In this document: positions 38,880-51,375 of the stretch, in pieces
How the letters are laid out: each line of letters opens with the position of its first letter
Numbering within the stretch: position 1 is the stretch's first letter
Source: Mobula hypostoma
Taxonomy: Eukaryota
Assembly (NCBI RefSeq): GCF_963921235.1
Contig: NC_086118.1
Span: 15,068,001 to 15,132,000, forward strand
Direction of reading: 5' to 3'
DNA length: 64,000 nucleotides
Notes under the pieces: model-generated
Database searches by the model: none
The model's input: only the letters and a program-made list of their open reading frames with translations
What the model was told of the DNA's origin: nothing
Position numbers and translations under genes: made by a program

Positions 38880-39185
38880 CCATAGGAGCATAGTAGTTAG
38901 CACAACGCTATTACAGCCCAGTACAGAGATCGGAATTCAGTCCCAGAGTCCTCAGTAAGGAGTCTCTGTATGTCCTCCCCATGGGATGAGTGTGTTTTCT
39001 TTGGGTTCTCCAGTTTCCTCCTACAGTCCAAAGATGTACCAGGTAGGTCAAACAGTCATTGTAAATTGTCCCATGACTAGGTTAGGGTTAAACTGGGGTT
39101 GACGGGGGTTGCTGGGTTGTGCAGCTCAAAGGGCTGGAAGGGCCTATTCTATACTCTGTCTCTAAATAAAATAAAACAAATAAAA
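38880..39185 (+). mobile_element. V-SINE (HE1-like) inserted into a Rex-type fragment (38770-38880 and 39190-39290)
   Basis: Head CATAGTAGTTAGCACAACGC, V-domain, tail TAAATAAAATAAAACAAATAAA. Confidence 0.75.
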
Positions 39186-39689
39186 TCTGGACCATGTCAT
39201 CTTCTCACTGTCACCGTTCGGCAGGAGTTACAGAAGCCTGAAGTACCACACCACCAGGTTCAAGAACAGTTACTTCCCTTCAACCTGAATGTAGAGGCGC
39301 TGCCATGCCCTCTTTGTAATGGCACTTGGAAATGATAACTCCAAGACATTTAAAGATACTGACCCCCTGCACCTCTGATCCCCAGTGAGGACCGGCTCAT
39401 AGACCTCTGTTTTCTTCCTCCTGTAGTCAATCATCAGCTCTTTGGTTTTCCTGATGTTACGTAAGAGGTTGTTGTTGTGGCACTATTCCACCAAATATTC
39501 AATCCCTCTCTTACATTCCCATTCATTACCAACTTTGGTGGTGTCACCAGCAAACATAAACATAGTTTGGAGCTGTACTTGGCCTCACAGTCACAAGTGT
39601 AAAGTGAGGAGAGCAGGGTGCCTTGCCCACAGCGCCATGGTGTACCTGTGCCGATGAAGAATATGGAGGAGATGTTGCTGCCAATCCGA

Positions 39690-40178
39690 ACTTTCTGAAA
39701 CGCCCGTCCGCTGCTGTCGTTACTGTGTGGTTGGGAATCTTTCGGAGGGTAGGCCTCAAAATCCCTGGCCTTGCCTGCTTTTGGCGACCGAGAAGGAGGT
39801 CGAATCCTTCGGCAGAGATGCCGCTCAGTACTCTGTGTCGGAGAGCTGATCAGAGCTCGAAGTTTTCGGATGACTCAGAGTCGGACTGTGGTCGGGTATG
39901 GCAGGGGGAGTTTTTCTTCCTTCTCCCATCTGCGTGAGATATGGGACATTTTAGAAACTTTGAACTTTACTGTGCTCATGGCCTTTCCTCATCAAGTTAT
40001 GGTTTTGTTGCACCGTTGTAATTATATGTATAATTATGTGGTTTTGTCAGTTTTTTCAGTCTTGGTTTGTCCTGTGTTTTGTGATATCACACCGGAGGAA
40101 ATGCTGTATCATTTCTTAATGCATGCATTACTAAATGACAATAAAAGGGGACTACGTGTCTTCATAATCTAATCTAAT
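39690..40178 (+). mobile_element. Non-autonomous element of the 13335-14010 family, 5'-truncated
   Basis: Shared body and tail AATGACAATAAAAGGGGACTACGTGTCTTCATAATCTAATCTAAT. Confidence 0.75.
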
Positions 40179-40459
40179 TTACTGGGGTCTGAAAGGGAGG
40201 AAACTGAAGGTGGTGTTCCACAGGGATTGAGGTCTTGGAGCTTACTGATTAGTTTTGAAGGCGTCATAGTGTTGAATGCAGAGCTGTAGTTAATGAAGGG
40301 CATCCTAAGTAATGCACCTTCACCATCCAGGTGATGCAGGGCCCAGTAAAGAGCCATTGAAAAGGCATCTGCTGTTGACCTGTTGTGATAATAGGCAAAT
40401 TGGAGTGGATTCAAGTCACTCCTGAGGCAGGAGTTGATAACTTTCATCATCAACTTCTC

Positions 40460-41263
40460 TGAAATATGTTCATAATTAAGAGTACTTGATATTAAAGTAG
40501 CTACCCCTCTTTTGTGACTCAATTTATATGATGAATAAAATACATACTTAAAGCCCATTCTTTTTAATTTTCCATGTTCAGATTGGCTCATATGTGTTTC
40601 CTGGAGGAAAGCTATTTGTGCCCTCTCTTTTTTCAATTTAGACATAATCTTATTTCTTTTAATTGGATTCAAAATCCCATTAACATTATAGGAAATTATT
40701 TTTACCAATTCAGTTTGCATTTTTCTCTAGTAGAAAAAAAGCACTCTCCTTTTCTAACCAAACAGTAAGCAATCCCTTCTCAACAGTAAACCAAGACATA
40801 TAACCACACCCTAGACATTTCTGAACGTATAACATTTGAAAATTTTCCCCGACTTCCCACAGTGAGGCCTGAGCACCGACCCGCCTCAGTTCAGAGGGAT
40901 ATCCTCTATCTTCACCCTGTGTTAGAGGGCCCTCAGCAGTTTGAATAATCATAGAGAATTTTCTCCTATTTATGTCTCGACCATATTGCTATCATTCAAG
41001 TTATTCCGCCTAGATTATTTTCAATTACCAGTTTTCATTTTACTTTTAAGTCCGATTTACTCTTTTCAGTCATTTCTCTTAATTAATCTGTATTCTCTGT
41101 ACATTCGCGTCTGAATATTTGCAGCTTTTCCTTGTAGTTTGACACTCTGTTTCGAGTGGGGCGTCCTCGCCCCACTAACTGCCACGACTTCTGCCGAATC
41201 CTCTCCAGTAGCGACTCCGGTTGGGTGATAACTTTAATAGGTAGTCCCCGGTCCGCCAGGTCC
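40460..41263 (-). mobile_element. Internal L1-clade fragment (probable ORF1 end, inter-ORF spacer, ORF2 APE start)
   Basis: ORF2 start MQTELVKIISYNVNGI...IAFLQETH...RGVATLI; 15-bp direct repeat CATCATCAACTTCTC at 40445-40459 and 41264-41278. Confidence 0.85.
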
Positions 41264-41649
41264 CATCATCAACTTCTCAAAGCACTTCATCACTGAGGAT
41301 GTAAGTGTTACTGGACGACAGTCATTGCGGCAGGTTGCTACATTCTTCTTGAACACCGGTATGATTGAAGCCTGCTTGAAGCAGGTGGGCACCTCAGACT
41401 GCTGAAGCAGAAGTTTAAGGATGTCAGTAAACACTCCAGCCAGCTGATTAGCCAGTACTTGGCCAGGTACACTGTCTAGGCCGGATAACTTACATGGGTT
41501 CACCCTGTTGAACCATGATCTCACGTCAGCCTCAGACACTACCAAAAACAAACAGGGTCTTCAGGGGCTGTTGGAGTTGGTGAAGGTGCCTCCCTGTTAT
41601 GTTAGTCAAAGTGAGCATAAAATGCATTGAACTCATCTGGGAATGATCC

Positions 41650-41985
41650 TAGATCCTTGCACTTATGTTCAAGCCCTCCTAAAGTAAATGCTAACATTTT
41701 CCTTTTTTACTACTCACTCAACCTACAAGTTAACCTTTATGGAATCCTGCACCAGGACTCCCATCTCCCTTTGCACCTCTGATTTCTGAATTTGCTCCTC
41801 ATTTAGAAAGTAGTCTATGCCTTTATGCCTTTTACCAAAGTGCATGCCCATATACTTCATACTTCCTTACACTGTATTCCATCTGCCACTTCTTTGCCTA
41901 TTTTCCTAACATGTCCCAGTCCTTCAGCAGACTTCCTGCTTCCTCAACACTACCTCCCTTTCCACCTGCCTTTGTATCATTTTCT
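41650..41985 (-). mobile_element. CR1 RT fragment
   Basis: Reverse complement of sequence similar to 24770-25050 (DTK..G, KWQMEYSV). Confidence 0.75.
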
Positions 41986-42639
41986 TAGGTCAACGTTGAA
42001 ACTCCTCACATTTGTCCACATTTAATTCTATCTAACATTATATTACCCATTCGGTTAATCTATCAATTTCTTCCCGCAGGTTTCTGCTCATATCTGTACA
42101 ATACATTGCCTCTCCCAATACTAGGCCAGCAACAACTTTGATATGGAACTCTGTTTCTTCCTCCAAGCCATCAATACATATGATGAAGTAATAAGTGACT
42201 CCAGACATGTATGAAAGGATGCCAAAAGTTACTTTTGGCTAATCTAAATACATGTTCTTTAATTTTAAACAACTCTCAATTCAAAAGGATGTCTTCAATT
42301 TGGTGCACTGTCATATTTGCCAATAATGTTTTGTGTGAAACAACAGCTTGTATTTATGCAGATCTTTTCACACACTACAATATCTCAGGGTACCTTGCAA
42401 GAATGAGAGCATAGCAAGTCGCACAGAATATATCAGGGAATGTAACAAAAAAAATTGGGCAAAAATATTAGGATTGCCTTAAATGAAGAGGGTGAAATAG
42501 GTTTGTGGAAATGTTTGGGGCACAAATTCTTAGTTATAGCCTTTAAAACTGAAGGTGGGGATGTCCACTTCTCTACTCTCTCTTCACCTATGACTGCACT
42601 CCGGGTCATGCTACAATCTCAGTCATCAAATTTGCACAC

Positions 42640-43430
42640 ACAACCCTGATTGGCCTAATCCAATGCAATAACGAATTTGCATATAGAGAAGAGGTGCTGA
42701 AACTGTCCAAATGGTGTAGGAACCACAAACCACAAGAAGACAAAAGAAATGATAATTGTCTTAAAGAAGACAAGAGGTCCCGAACAAGCCCTTTTCAGTA
42801 TCTCATCTTTCAATGGTGAGATAGTGAAAAGGATCTCCAGCTTCAAGTTTTTGGGGATGATCATCACTGTGGAGCCTTCAACTCAACCTCGATAGCAGGG
42901 GAAGGCACAACAGCGACTATACTCCCTAAGGTGCTTGAGGATGGCCAGCTTTTATTGATGAGCACATACTGACAGACAGAATGACAGGTGGAACTCTAGC
43001 TGCAGAAGACAGATCACAAAGCATGCCAAGCGGGTGATGAGGATTGCTGAGTGCATTACTGGCTCTCAACTACCGGACGTTAATCTGTAACTCTCGATGC
43101 CTATGACATGCTTGTAACATCGTTAAAGACTCACCCCATTCCGGACACTGTCCATTCAATCTCCTGCCTTGTGGTAGGAGACACAGAAATATCTTAGCCA
43201 AGACAGTAAGGCTGAAAAACAGTTTCTTCTGAATAATGATATACTCTGGCTTGCCAATGTCCTTTGAGCGTCATGGATTATCGAAGTCACTTGTACGTAA
43301 GCATGGGAATTATTTTTTTTTTAAATTAAGCCGTCATGCATCATAAATAGCTATTTTGCATGGACTGCAGTGGCAAAGCAATCTCGTTGTCTTGAGCAAT
43401 AACGATAAAGTTCTACTCTATTCTATTCAA
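42640..43430 (+). mobile_element. Old Rex/L2-like LINE 3' fragment
   Basis: Decayed KTKEMII...SFKFLGMII...KAQQRLYSL coding; tail ATAAAGTTCTACTCTATTCTA. Confidence 0.65.
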
Positions 43431-44169
43431 CACAACCAAGGACAAAGCTCCATGGATTTGACTGCCACCTGACAGAATATCTTTGTAGAGAACAAAGTCA
43501 AGCAAATCACAAACTTACTCCAGCATGAAAAATCATCAATCCGAAATGTTAACTGAGTACTTCTCTCCTCTGATCCCAACCAACCTGCTGAATGTTTCTA
43601 TTTTATTTTGGATTTCTATCATCTGCAGTTTTATTGTTGCATGCCTGATCAAGCCAGAGTTACTTTCAGTAAAGCTTTGCTGTTCTTTCTATATGCTAAA
43701 TGCACAGCCATTCTATCCTTAAAACTAATCGTACTCTCTTTCTGCAGATCTGATCTGAAACTGCCAGATCTCTGGTTACTTGCTTTCTTTCTTCCATTAA
43801 ACAATGGACTGAAATCAACATTTTTCAATGTAACAACATAATTCTCATTCCAAACGACATCTAAAAAGCAAAATCAATGGTGCCTCTTTTGCTCTACAAA
43901 TAATCACTGTAAAAACAGTAACCGATAGACTCTTAAATTTGTCCGAATAAGCTCACTTTGTAGAATTTATTTTGCACTCTGGAAATTTCAATTGAATTGA
44001 ACTGCATTATAGTTTCTGAAATTTATATTGTATCTCTATTACCCATTACTTATTGCACTCCACTTTACAAATACCCAATTTATGTACAGACTAAACACAA
44101 GAATGAGCATTTGGTTTGCAGGGCTGCAGGAATCTTCTGCAGGCATCTTATGAACGGTTTACGGGAATG

Positions 44170-44266
44170 GAGCAACGCACACAAAATGCTGGAGGAACTC
44201 AGGAGGCCAGGCAGCATCTATGGGAAAAAGCACAGTTGACATTTCAGGCCAAAACCCTTTCAGGAA
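44170..44266 (-). mobile_element. PLE pLTR fragment with decayed hammerhead
   Basis: ACAAAATGCTGGAGGAACTCAGG...GCAGCATCTATG...CAGTTGACATTTCAGGCCAAAACCCTTTCAGG. Confidence 0.8.
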
Positions 44267-46329
44267 TGGATCTCTGTTGTAATCTGGGGAGGACTGTATA
44301 ATTAAGCGTGCCTAGCAGTTCAAACCTGACACATTCTACTGTTCACATCACAAAACTGAGGAAAATTAAACTGGAGCAAAATGAATTACCTGAAGTAAAG
44401 CATGCAATCTATGCACACCTGGACAGGTAGGAATACACTCAGTGACTTGTCTAAAAGAATTGCTGTGAGGTTTATCCTGCTTCTAAAATAAAGAAAATCC
44501 AAAACACAAAATACAATTTCCTTTTCCGTGAAGACAAACACAAATAACAAAAGGATCATTAATGATCTAATTACTCAGGTGATAGCTTGCACAATGCTCC
44601 ATAACCTTCGATTGGTCAATAATGGAAGTGGATAATTGTATGTGTGAATGGTGAACATTCCACTGTACCTATCACACATGACAAGCATGGTAATCATCTT
44701 GTATTTTGAAACACTTCCTGGTAGTGATGCCCTTGTCGATATGAATTGGCACCCTTTAGAACCATAGTTAGATGAATTATTCCCATACCTAGAATCAGTT
44801 ACTCCATGTTTCCTTTTTGCCACCCTGCCGAACAAAATTATAAATAGTTGATTTGTTCTTAGTTTGCTCTTGTCTACCACACATATGAAGTCATGCAGGG
44901 TAATAACTATGAAAGAAACAACTGGATTGAGAAGGGGAAGAAAAGTCCTGAAATCAGTGGTATTAAACCATTGACAGGTGACCACATGACTGCCTGTGTT
45001 CAAGCAACCACAGAATCTGGAAGAGAATCAATTTATTAACTTCTATTGTTTGTTTCTTCCACAATGAAATAGTCCAATCCATCATCAAATTTACTTGATT
45101 CTCTTAAAAAAGTGGTCTTCCGTTTCATGCCACCTTATCCTTACACAATTGGAAAGTTTTTGCACACCTATATTATAGTAAATTCTGATTCACGTAGGAC
45201 TCTCACTTCTTATTCTGAAGGATTATTCCAGTCATTACAGCATATGACCGCAGCTGGTAGTTTAGAACCAGGACTGCTGTACAACTACAATGTCAGATGC
45301 ACCACCTTCCACAGGTGTTAAACCAAACCGAAGTCTTCTCTTACTGATCAGGAGAACGCAGAGGACACCACGATACTTGTCAAAGAATTGCAAAGGAGAT
45401 CTAAGATTGCCCTAAGTAACACTTAGAATCCACTGGCAGGATGGGGTGATCTCCAGTCTGCAGCGTCTCATAACCCAACATCGAGGCACCTGACTCCCAA
45501 AACGTCTGCTCTACTCTGAGCTCCAAGAAGACAAAGCCAGGGTGATAGAGAAACCATTTTACAAAGGCTTTCCAAGCCTTCTTGAAAAACTATGATATCC
45601 TCACCAACAACGGAAATCTCTGTCCAGGGTTAATCAGATTGGCAGAGTAAAGTACAGCTCTTCAGCTCTTTCCACTGGGGTCATTTGGAGGCAAATGAGC
45701 AATGATCTGAACCGCTCACCCACCCACCTTGGTTTTACCTGCTCACCTTTGGTAATATCTGACAATCCTATACAGTACTTATCAGCTAAAACAAGAGGAT
45801 AGAGCTCTTGTTGAAGCACATCATCCTCAGTCCTGAGGAACTTAAGAGGCATAACAGCGTAACAACAGGCCCTTCATCCAACCAACTGTGTATTCACCAC
45901 CAACACCCATGTACACTATTCTGCTTCTTTCTCTTTACATTCCTATAAACATCGCCCAGGCTTTACCACTCAACTGAGCCACATAGAATGTGAATTGTGG
46001 CATAAAAGTGTTGTGAGAAGAACTGCTGCCTCATAGCTCCAGCAACCCAGCTTCAATCTTGACTTCCACTTTGAACATTCTCTCTTTTGCTGTGTGGGCT
46101 TCCCTCAAAGCTCTGGTTTCTTCCCACAATTCAAGATTAGATGGTGACTATGAGCCACCCCTAGTGTGAGTAAGTGGTAGCATCTGAGAAAAGTTAATGG
46201 GATATGAGAATAATAAAAAATAATTTGTGTAGAATTGATATAATATGTGCCTTAAGGTTGGCACAGACTCAGTGGGCAGAGAGACCTGAGATCATGTTTA
46301 GATACCTGAGATCTTTGGGCACAGAGCTC

Positions 46330-46775
46330 AGAAAAACTGACACAACGGGCTTTTAACATTGTAAACCAGTGAGTTGTTTGTTATGTCTCTCATCTTGCTG
46401 TGAAACAGAGACATCTCTTTCTCCCCTATTAGGGAGAGAGGGAGCCTGTGATATGTCATATACTGGGTGAACGTGTAGTCTTTGGAGTACTGCAAGTCTG
46501 TGTCTTTGCTGTTGCGTTTGCTGCATGCTTGAGTGCTCGGTGGTGGGTGCCCATGCTTTTTTTTTGCCAGTGGGGGGAGGGGGGATTGTTGCTTGCTGCC
46601 ACTTACGCACGGGAGGGAAGAGAGCTGGGGGGAACTTTGGGGCTCTAACATTTGACTGTCATTCAGTCTTTGCTTGGGGCACTCCTCTGTTTCGTGGATG
46701 GTTGTGAAGAAAAAGCATTTCAGGATCTATATTGTATACATTTCTCTGACATTAAATGTACCTTTGAAACCTTTG
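46330..46775 (+). mobile_element. Non-autonomous retroelement with Rex-like tail
   Basis: Ends TTTCAGGATCTATATTGTATACATTTCTCTGACATTAAATGTACCTTTGAAACCTTTG, the same tail class as the reverse copies at about 15900 and 55110. Confidence 0.55.
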
Positions 46776-47570
46776 CATGATTCTATAACTCAGGAGATGA
46801 AAAGTCACCCTCTTTGAACCAAAACTGACTGGAATGCAAAGTTGCATATGAATTGCAAGGAAGGAATTAAAAACTTCAAAGAATCTGTGATTAAGTAAGG
46901 TCATTTAATTCGTGTCACCTTGGGGAACCAATTTCTCTGTGCAAGTTCACTGCAATCTTTCCCAGAAAACTCAAGTACTTCACTGTATTGGGATGCCCTT
47001 GTGAGAAGTAGAACATAATTGCAAAACTTATCTATCTTTCCTTTGTATGTTATACATCCTCACCTATGAACCACATTTCATATATTTCTTATCTGTAAGC
47101 AATGATACAAGTTTCAACAATATACTTTATGAAATACGCTAGATAACATACCTTCACCTTCGATTTCTTACTGTATTTACTATGCACAGGTCTATGGAAA
47201 ACATTTTTAATGCAATCTGTACAATATTTGTAAATTTTAATTGTGTTTCCTAGTTCTCTATAGTATCCTAGACATCTTCAAAAGGCGAAGCCTCAAAAGG
47301 CAGGATCCATCATTAAGGATCCCCACCATCCAGGCCATGCTCTCTTCTCATTGTTGCCATCAAGGAGGAGGTACAGAAGCCTGAAAGCACACATCCAATG
47401 ATTCAGGAACAGCCTTTTCCCCTCTGCCATCCGATTTCTATATGGATATTGAACCCATGGACACTTCCTCACTACTTTTTTATTTCTATTTTTGCAATAC
47501 TTATTTAATTTAACTATTTAATGTACTGTACATATTCTTACTGTAATTCTTTTTTTCTATATTATCATGT

Positions 47571-48156
47571 GGTTCCTTAAGGTTGTTACAGTTGGGGTTG
47601 GTAATGGGGACAAGCTCCCAGTACCTATTAAATGCTCCCAATGGCTTGCACGCCAAATAGCCTCTGACAACCAAGTCCAGTTCCTGGCCTCCACCTGTGG
47701 CTTAGGTACTAAGCTCAGCAGAACCATTTCTACTGATAGGAGAAGGAGCAAATGCAGGTTATGGGTGCCTTAAAACCAGTCGCTTCGGGTAGATGAGGCT
47801 TATCAGCCATGGTTGGTAGAAGGAAAACTCTGATTTCAAACCTCCGCTGCCTTGTGGCTCTATCCAGTCATGGGGAAGGCTTCGGGAGTAAACCTCGAGG
47901 GAAATTCTGGAGCTGGGGTCCCAAGGGCAGTCCTACATTGAGTTCAATGTTGTCTGGTAACTCCTGTGACACTGCTGGTACTAAACTGTATCAGTCTATG
48001 CCGTTCCTTTGGGTTCATCAGATACTTGGAGATGAGGAGCTTGCTACATGGGCAACAGCTTGCTCTCCATATTATACTGCCCAGTCTTGCACGTCTCGGC
48101 AGCTAGGACACAGTATCCATGGTCAACTCTGATCAATGAAGGCTGCAGACTCAGAC
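47571..48156 (+). mobile_element. RTE-like non-autonomous element inserted into a Rex 3' UTR (47270-47570 and 48157-48245)
   Basis: 7-bp TSD ATCATGT at 47564-47570 and 48157-48163. AGAAGGAAAACTCTGATTTCAAACC resembles RTE 5' UTRs. Its 3' end is shared with the SINE at 52165. Confidence 0.6.
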
Positions 48157-48914
48157 ATCATGTAGTGCATTGTGCTGTTGCCGCAAAGTTAAAGTGAGCA
48201 AATTCCAACAAAATTGCTGGTGACATTAAACCTGAATCTGTAATCTAAAGCCAAAATTAAGAAAGCTGCAAAGGACCACATTATTTATCTCATTCCTCTT
48301 TCTATATTTCTATTTTGATGAGTACACATTGGTACACTTTCATCATCACTTGTCTGGAGTTGTGAAATAATCCACACCGGTCTCCACAGAATCCTTTTTA
48401 TGCTTTAATAAATCATGCAGATACATTTGTACCTCAATTGTTCCCTCACTTCTTTATTATACATAAAAACAACTGAAAGCTAGCATATAAAACCGACACA
48501 AGCTGCAGCTGTAAATACTTCCCTGGCTTGTGAGAAAAACAACTTTTAACAGCGGAGTCACTTTCCGTTCACAATTCTCTAACGGGGCCTGTAGACACAT
48601 TGTTGCTAGGGCCAAAAATTCAGTTCATTCCACAGTTTTATATGGAGACGAAGAATCAACACTGAAAAAGCTAGACAGTAAATAAAGCTGCTATACCTAT
48701 CACAGACACTTTTAAGCCTAATCAAATTTAATAATTACTGATTCTGTGTTAATTAGAGTTTAATTAGATCTCAATTAGTGAAAGTAATCTACTTTTAGTC
48801 AACAACTAAAGCAAGTTTTCATGTTTTGCATTGAAAAATACTTCTCTTGAACAGAACTTATTGCATCTTAATCAAATAAACAAAGATTGAATTTGGTAGA
48901 AAATGCATCAGGAT

Positions 48915-49220
48915 GGCAGAGTAGCTAGTATGTTGCTGCCTCAGAGTGTGAGCAAACTGGGTTTGATCTTGACCTCTGGTGTTGTCTGTGTGGACTTTGC
49001 CCATTTTCCGCATGGACCACATGGATTTCCTTCACATTCACAGGCTTCTGCCCACATTTTTGAGGTATGAATATTAATTGGCAGCCGTAAATTGCACCTC
49101 AGTGTGAGTGTAACTTGGGATGAGTTGATGAGAAGGTTATGAGAATAAAGCGGGATTAGTGTAGATGGGTGGTGGTTGATGGTTAGGATGGGCCTGTTTC
49201 CATGTTATATGAATCTATGA
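48915..49220 (+). mobile_element. V-SINE (HE1-like), old copy; another lies at about 45990-46290
   Basis: GCTGCCTCA head, V-domain TGTCTGTGTGGACTTTGC, CR1-like tail GGGCCTGTTTCCATG. Confidence 0.65.
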
Positions 49221-49294
49221 CAATACTTAATGAGTAAGACAGTAATTGACTGAGAAAAAAGTGGAACGCAAGATTAAAATAAATAATAAAGAAA

Positions 49295-49860
49295 TCAGAA
49301 TCGGATTTAATATCACTGGCATATGTAATGAAATTTATTAACTTAGTGGCAGCAGTACAATGCAATACATGACAAATATTGGAGAAAAAAATAAAATAAA
49401 TAAATAAATCGCAGTAGGTATGGATGTTCAGTAGTTAAATTAAAGATAGCGCAAAAACAAAACAGAAATAATTTTCAAACGTGAGGTAGTGTCTGTGGGT
49501 TGAACATCCATTTAGAAGTTGGATGGAGAGAGGAAGCAGCTGTTCCTGAATTGCTGAGTGTGTGCCTTCATGCTTCTGTACCTCCTTCCTGACGGTAACA
49601 GTAAGAACAGGGCATGGCCTGGGTGCTGGGGGTCCTTAATAATGGACGTCATCTTTCTGAGGCATCACTCCTTTAAGATGTCTTGGATACTACGCAGGCT
49701 AGTGCCCATGATGGAGCAGACTAATTTTACGACTTTCTGTCAATCCTGTGCAGTAGAAACCTCTCCCCCCCCCCACCTCCCCATACCAGACAGTGATACA
49801 GCATGTCAGAATGGTCTCCACAGAACATCAGTAGAACTTTTCAAGTGTTTTCAGTGACAA
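49295..49860 (-). mobile_element. Rex/Babar 3' fragment
   Basis: ATCAGAATCGGA tail; reverse of sequence similar to 2900-3240. Confidence 0.75.
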
Positions 49861-50491
49861 ACCAAACCTCCAAATGAGGGCAGGCTGCTATTCTGCACAT
49901 AAACAAAATGAATTTCAGAGTGTTCTGCATCACACCAGTCATAATCTGAGAAGCTCTTACATTCCCACTCATTAGTTCAGCTAAGTGTAAAGACCAGACT
50001 TTTAGGTGAGAAATTTAAATTGCAAATACTTAAAATATAAAATTTTTAAAAAACTGTTCTACAGAGAAATAATATTTCATTATCTAATTATTTCCTAATA
50101 AGATAAAGCTATCCAGCATCTTTTTTGTTTTACCACTGTGGAGCTCAGCATTATAAACCAAGAGCCAAAAACAAAATACTGCAGCAACAGGAAAAAACAA
50201 ATTCCGTAGATACTCATCATGACAGGCACCAGAAAGAGCAATACAGTTAAAGTTTTAGGTTAACAACCTTTCAGAGATGCTCCCTGACTTGCCGAGAGTT
50301 TTTATTATCTTCTATTTTTATTTTAGTGTGAACCAAGCTTGAGTTGCAAGTCTGAGAGCAGATACCACTGTAGGCCAAATAGTAGGAAAGTTACAATTGA
50401 TGACAATATCCTGAAGAGTGAAGGCTAGTAAGTGTTCTTATCTTGTGTGTCTCTGGATGCTTGGTAATGTAAGATTCTCAATTTAATTATT

Positions 50492-50752
50492 GAGATGAGG
50501 CCGAATTCCTTCAGCCAGAGTGTGACGAATCTGTGGAATTCTTCACCACAGGCAGCTGCTGAGCGCAAGTCTTTATGTTTATTTAAGGCAGAGGTTGATA
50601 GATTCTTGATTGGTCAGGGCATGAAGGGATATGGGGAGAGGCAGGAGATTGTGGCTGCGAGGAAAAATGGATCAGCCGTGATGAAATGATGGAGCAAACT
50701 CAATGGGCCAAATGGCCTAATGCTGGTCCTATATCTTATGGTCTCATGGTCT
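50492..50752 (+). mobile_element. CR1 3' end
   Basis: FSQSVTNLWN...FKAEVDRFL; tail matches 25640-25685. Confidence 0.85.
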
Positions 50753-51149
50753 AAGCCTGCGTGGTTTGCAAGAACTGCTGACATTCATTGCTTCAGCTTT
50801 TGCATAAAGAAGAAACTGTGTAACCAACATTACTGCATCAAGGAGACAAAGTCCCAGAATTAGTGACAGGAGAGGAAAAAAATTGTGAAAGGCCCCTATA
50901 GAGCAAAGTCTCATAAAAAAGCAGATAGAACTAAAAGAAACATGTTATCCATAGAGTCATAAAAAGTTTCTGCTAATAATCTAAACTTGACTTAAAATGG
51001 ATCCACTGTTTGCTAAAGGTAAAACACATGGGAGGATCCACCAACTTTTGAGCTGTAATCAATAACAAGCACTGACTGGGGCACGGTACCAACTCTTTGC
51101 CAGCATAGTCTAAACAGAAACCACACTAATGTTGTATTTCCAGTACTCA

Positions 51150-51375
51150 ACAACAAAACATTGCTTCATTTGGATTACATCAGAGCTGATTGAAAAAAAA
51201 TTCTTAAAGCTCCCTTCCCAATTTGACAACAAGACATTGCTTCATTTGGATTACATCAGAGCTGATTGAAAAAAATTCTTACAGCTCCCTTCCCAATTTG
51301 ACAACAAGACATTGCTTCATTTGGATTACATCAGAGCTGATTGAAAAAAATTCTTACAGCTCCCTTCCCAATTTG
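51150..51375. repeat. Tandem repeat, 3 x 75-76 bp
   Basis: Unit ACAACAAGACATTGCTTCATTTGG...CCCTTCCCAATTTG; copies 2 and 3 are identical, copy 1 differs at 3 sites. Confidence 0.97.

Larger units (their letters stand above)
39360..41645 (-). mobile_element. Decayed Rex/Babar RT fragment carrying two nested insertions
   Basis: Minus strand VRSWFNRVNPCK...CFKQASIIPV...RPVTLTS...CFEKLMM, then after the L1 insert LNPLQFAY...STADA...INYSSAFNT. Confidence 0.85.

Noticed and set aside
40169..40720. Novel 183-aa endonuclease-RT gene
   Set aside because: It is an accidental in-frame junction between an L1 fragment and a decayed Rex element, and both domains are incomplete.
44575..45003. 142-aa minus-strand ORF as a host gene
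   Set aside because: No recognisable domain, a non-ATG start, and no consistent exon chain.
47640..47765. HDV-like ribozyme in the RTE-like 5' region
   Set aside because: Some RTE 5' UTRs carry HDV-like ribozymes, but I could not build a consistent P1/P1.1/P2/P3 pseudoknot by eye. Only the local hairpin GCTTAG-GTA-CTAAGC is clear; an RNArobo or Infernal search would decide.
51150..51375. CRISPR array
   Set aside because: The units are contiguous with no unique spacers, no cas genes are present, and the context is eukaryotic.
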